Source: Yuukianura sp. NJ FZ-2021 (Eukaryota). Taken from it: a stretch of DNA of 64,000 bases. The position numbers were made by a program, and so were the translations under genes. Each line of letters starts with the position of its first letter. Position 1 is the stretch's first letter. The notes under the pieces are model-generated. The model ran no database searches and was not told the origin of the DNA. It saw nothing but the letters and a program-made list of their open reading frames with translations. Positions 60,252-64,000 of this stretch are shown in pieces. The stretch covers positions 372,001 to 436,000 of the forward strand of contig JAJCTO010000009.1 in NCBI GenBank assembly GCA_046563655.1, given 5' to 3'.

Positions 60252-62327
60252 GTGCTCTGTCCAGTTATTCTTTTTCAGTGTTTTGGAAGTCATTTCCTGA
60301 CTTCCATCATGCCATCATCCGTCGTTAGTGATGTGGTGCCAGTTAGTGCAAAGAAAAAGAAAACTCAAGATTACTGGAAGAAGAGACGTGAGTGCGAACT
60401 AAAGTATGGTACTGCCGATAAGAGTCCACAGGAACGTAAAGACATGTTTTTATTTGAATCTGCTCAACGGAATTCATGGGATGAATTTCCGTATAAGTAT
60501 CATCCTCACACGTCGCTAGTGAAAGTGTTTCGGTTGTGGGACGCAGTCATGGAGCCTTCAAAACAACAAGTTCAGGACGAAAGACGTTATGTTCCTATTC
60601 GTATTATTGATACGGAGGCTAAGTTCATGGTTATGCTTGGTTTGTTGAGAGCTGAACGAGTTATAGGTGTGGACATGGAGTTTAGTCATGACAAAGGCTA
60701 TCGTGATCGTTATGTTTGTTCATTGCAGATTTCGACCAAGGAATCGGATTTCATCATTGATCCATTTGAAGTGCCTATTCAGATGCAGATGTTACGTGAG
60801 GTGTTCTCCAATGGCAATTATGTCAAGATTATGCATGGCAGTGTTAATGACCTACTCATGTTCCAGCTTCATTACCATATCTTCTTCGTGGGTGTAATCG
60901 ACACGCAAATTGTGGATTCTGTCTTTGGAGGGACTCAAGGACGTGGATTGGACAAAGTGATTAGTGACTACTTGCCTGGTGTGAAAGTGAGCAAGGATTG
61001 TCAACTTGCTGACTTCAGGATCCGTCCAATTGAAAACATGCATCCAGACATGATACAATACGCCAGGAGTGACACACATTTGTTATTACGTGTGTTTGAA
61101 GTCATGAAGCAACGTTATGACTTCAAAAGTGAAAGTGTTAAGTGGAATGAGGTTGTCAAATTATGTAACGATTTGTGCTTAAAAGTCTATAAGTTTAAGC
61201 AGCATCCAAGTGCCCGTGAGATTCTGGCTAAAGTGGACATGCCCACTTTAAGTGTAAGTGTGATGGAGCAAGTTGTCGGCTGGAGAGACATGGTTGCCAG
61301 GGAGATGGACGTTCAACCAAAAGAAGTCATTGCGGACATTACTTGTGCTCAATTGGTTAAGGAAGTGCCAAAAGATAAGTTAAGTGTGGAGAAAGTGATT
61401 GGCAAAAATGTTTTGTCATCTGGTCATTTGGATATGCTAATTCCCATTTTTGTGTCTACTAAAATAGTGGGTGGAGTCACAGAAGTTGGTGCTACAACTT
61501 CTACGGTGCAAAAAGTGACTCTGGATTTATCCGTTTTTGATTGGGATACACCAATCACTAAAGAAGATGTAAAAAGAATGGAACAGGAAGTTGCTCAATC
61601 AACTTCCAAAAGTGTAAATTTTCCTGCTACAGTGCCAAAAGTGACATTGGATTTGTCTGCTTTCGACTGGGATACGCCAGTCACAAGAGAAGATATTGCC
61701 AGGATGGAGGCGGAAGTCGCACAAACGACTTCCCAAAATGTACATAGTGGTGCTCCAGTGTGTGTTGACATTGATGGTTTATCGGATGTTTCCGATTTGT
61801 CAGATGTTTCTGACCAACCATTGGAGGAGGACGAAGAGGAGTCTCAAGTGGAAGTGGAATGTGCAGTGGAGGAATTCATGGATAGTGATGATGGTGACAT
61901 GCTGATTGTCACAGTTTCTGAAGATGATCTTCGTGAGGTGGTAGGATTACCACAAGAAGAGAATCCGAATGCGGTTTACGAACCACAAGTTCCACCGGAA
62001 GAGCCCGAAGAAGTGATGGATGCTGCCGAGGAGGAGCCGCAGGAGGAAGTAGCTGCAGCCGAAGGAAGAGATCGGCGAGATCGGCGAAACTGTCCCCACT
62101 GTGGAAGCGAGCGGCATACCGATGTGATGTTTTGCCGCTTTCGTCATTTGCCGGAAGCAGAGGCCAGGAAACGTCATCGGAGGCGACGGCTCAACATGAA
62201 TCGCCGTCGGAATCAGCGTATTCGTGCCGAGGAAGAGCGTTTGCAACGAGAAGCAGACCGTGCAGCCAGAGAAGCGGAGGAAGATGGAGCTCGTGTCCCG
62301 AGGATTGCCCCGGAACCCGATCTTTAG
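60252..62327 (+). CDS. Gypsy ORF3: RRP6/EXOSC10-like DEDD-Y 3'-5' exoribonuclease, HRDC-like domain, acidic tail and basic Zn-knuckle-like C-terminus
   Basis: GVDMEF...CSLQIST...DFIIDP...KIMHGSVND...IDTQ...QLADFRIRP...YARSDTHLLL parallels the RRP6 exonuclease motifs (AVDLEH, CLMQIST, HGADSD, QLADWRIRP, YARDDTHYLL). VVGWRDMVAREMDVQPKEVI parallels the HRDC start. The ORF lies between the pol stop and the PPT. First ATG at 60309. Confidence 0.88.
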   Translation: MLCPVILFQCFGSHFLTSIMPSSVVSDVVPVSAKKKKTQDYWKKRRECELKYGTADKSPQERKDMFLFESAQRNSWDEFPYKYHPHTSLVKVFRLWDAVMEPSKQQVQDERRYVPIRIIDTEAKFMVMLGLLRAERVIGVDMEFSHDKGYRDRYVCSLQISTKESDFIIDPFEVPIQMQMLREVFSNGNYVKIMHGSVNDLLMFQLHYHIFFVGVIDTQIVDSVFGGTQGRGLDKVISDYLPGVKVSKDCQLADFRIRPIENMHPDMIQYARSDTHLLLRVFEVMKQRYDFKSESVKWNEVVKLCNDLCLKVYKFKQHPSAREILAKVDMPTLSVSVMEQVVGWRDMVAREMDVQPKEVIADITCAQLVKEVPKDKLSVEKVIGKNVLSSGHLDMLIPIFVSTKIVGGVTEVGATTSTVQKVTLDLSVFDWDTPITKEDVKRMEQEVAQSTSKSVNFPATVPKVTLDLSAFDWDTPVTREDIARMEAEVAQTTSQNVHSGAPVCVDIDGLSDVSDLSDVSDQPLEEDEEESQVEVECAVEEFMDSDDGDMLIVTVSEDDLREVVGLPQEENPNAVYEPQVPPEEPEEVMDAAEEEPQEEVAAAEGRDRRDRRNCPHCGSERHTDVMFCRFRHLPEAEARKRHRRRRLNMNRRRNQRIRAEEERLQREADRAAREAEEDGARVPRIAPEPDL

Positions 62328-62338
62328 AAGGAGGAAGG

Positions 62339-62743
62339 TGTAGAGCCCCGGTTTTCCCCCATTAGGTTAGGGTCAGTTGCCCCTTGAGGTTAGGGTGTGG
62401 CCCTAGATTAGTGTTAGGTTAGTGTAGTTAGGCTTTAGTGTAGTTTAGCCTGTAGTGAGATTTGGTTTGGCGTTTTAGCGCGAGTTTCGAGTAGAGTTGG
62501 CGTGGTAGAGGAGAGAGAGGCTGGTTGTGCCAGTCAGTCGGTTTTTGGTGTTTGGTTCAGCATGAGCTGAGACTTTGTATCATTGTGTACAAATAAATAT
62601 CTTTTATATTTATTTGTCTCTGTGTCTTTGTGTTGTTCCTTGGTGTCCCTTTTGGTCCTCAGTTTTGTTGCATGAGTCCGGCAGTGCTCGGATCGTAGTC
62701 TGGAGGCCATCTTTGGCAGTTTGGCGTAGCACGAGGTGCTACA
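62339..62743 (+). repeat. Gypsy 3' LTR
   Basis: Identical by eye to 47921-48325 and preceded by the PPT. Confidence 0.98.
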
Positions 62744-64000
62744 ATGTTACACCAGCGACTGGACTTCAATTTGTGGAGAACCCACTTAGTTTTTTGCAGA
62801 CGCATGTCTGCGATATGCTGTGGAAGACTATTGATACAAATTTGTCGGTGTCGTGTTTTTAGGGCCTTTTGCACTGGAGCACTTAAGGCGGAACAGTCGA
62901 ATATGTTTCACATTGAGCTAGCTTCTAGCGCGGTCTTTGTCTTGCTAATCTAACGTAAGTTTCAGCGTAAGTAGTTTACGGCACTGATTTTGAAACCTCA
63001 GTGCGGCTTAGTATATCAAGTTACAACGTATCTGAGTAGCCTGCTCTAACATTTCTCTTTGTATCAAATTTAAGTGGAAAGTTTCCCGGCCATTTGACAA
63101 ATTCATTGTCAAACGCGTCACATGGCATCATAACACAGTTTGTATGTTACACCAGCGACTGGACTTCAATTTGTGGAAAACCCACTTTTAGTTTTTTGCA
63201 GACGCATGTCTGCGACAGGCTGTGGAAGACTATTGATACAAATTTGTCGGTGTCGTGTTTTTAGGGCCCTTTGCACTGGAGTACTTAAGGCGGAACAGTC
63301 GAATATGTTTCACATTGAGCTAGCTTCTAGCGCGGTCTCTGTCTTGCTAATCTAACGTAAGTTTCAGCGTAAGTAGTTTACGGCACTGATTTTGAAACCT
63401 CAGTGCGGGTTAGTATATCAAGTTACAACGTATCTGAGTAGCCTGCTCTAACATTTCTCTTTGTATCAAATTTAAGTGGAAAGTTTCCCGGCCATTTGAC
63501 AAATTCATTGTCAAACGCGTCACATGGCATCATAACACAGTTTGTATGTTACACCAGCGACTGGACTTCAATTTGTGGAAAACCCACTTTTAGTCTTTTG
63601 CAGACGCATGTCTGCGACAGGCTGTGGAAGACTATTGATACAAACTTGTCGGTGTCGTGTTTTTAGGGCCCTTTGCACTGGAGTACTTAAGGCGGAACAG
63701 TCGAATATGTTTCACGTAGAGCTAGTTTCTAGCGCGGTCTCTGTCTTGCTAATCTAACGTAAGTTTCAGCGTAAGTAGTTTACGGCACTGATTTTGAAAC
63801 CTCAGTGCGGGTTAGTATATCAAGTTACAACGTATCTGAGTAGCCTGCTCTAACATTTCTCTTTGTATCAAATTTAAGTGGAAAGTTTCCCGGCCATTTG
63901 ACAAATTCATTGTCAAACGCGTCACATGGCATCATAACACAGTTTGTATGTTACACCAGCGACTGGACTTCAATTTGTGGAAAACCCACTTTTAGTCTTT
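62744..64000. repeat. Satellite B continues (runs off the window end)
   Basis: The monomer resumes in register at atgttacaccagcgactgg. Confidence 0.98.

Larger units (their letters stand above)
47921..62743 (+). mobile_element. Full-length Ty3/Gypsy LTR retrotransposon (8114 bp without the nested BEL and its TSD) with three ORFs; TSD ATGT
   Basis: 405-bp LTRs 47921-48325 and 62339-62743 (TG...CA, no differences seen). PBS at 48328 and PPT agaaggaggaagg at 62326-62338. ATGT is duplicated at 47917-47920 and 62744-62747 within a satellite B monomer. Confidence 0.98.

Noticed and set aside
60252..62327. ORF3 as a retroviral envelope gene
   Set aside because: The position fits, but no signal peptide, fusion peptide or transmembrane helix is evident, and it has DEDD-Y and HRDC-like motifs.
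60252..62327. ORF3 as the host EXOSC10 gene
   Set aside because: It is intronless, lies wholly between paired LTRs, appears to lack PMC2NT and is strongly diverged, so no gene symbol was assigned.
1..64000. CRISPR-like interpretation of the regular repeats
   Set aside because: Whole monomers repeat with no unique spacers, there are no cas genes, and the context is eukaryotic.

Overview
Eukaryotic heterochromatin-like DNA, probably arthropod (GT-AG introns, TTAGG-like motifs, Gypsy/BEL/Helentron-type elements), with no prokaryotic features. Order along the window: (1) a 253/254-bp satellite (1-15360) interrupted by a TA-flanked non-autonomous TIR element. (2) A rearranged island (about 15.4-35.8 kb) with a truncated Gypsy LTR+PBS and Helentron-type HINE/DINE-like elements. 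It also holds a degraded LINE, an intact 2-exon Tc4/Tc5-like transposon, a hAT-type MITE, a spliced BIR+RING IAP gene and a C2H2 gene. Two 2.4-kb inverted arms bracket most of it, each carrying a 5-exon RING-H2 gene that the ORF track misses. (3) A 402-bp satellite whose monomer contains a decayed copy of the HINE 5' end. A full-length Gypsy LTR retrotransposon (identical LTRs, 4-bp TSD) sits in this satellite and is itself split by a full-length BEL/Pao element. The top finding is that the Gypsy element carries, in the env position, an intronless ORF for an RRP6/EXOSC10-like DEDD-Y 3'-5' exoribonuclease with an HRDC-like domain and intact catalytic residues, plus a candidate in-frame env-style splice from the 5' leader. 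All comparisons were made by eye; no database searches were run.
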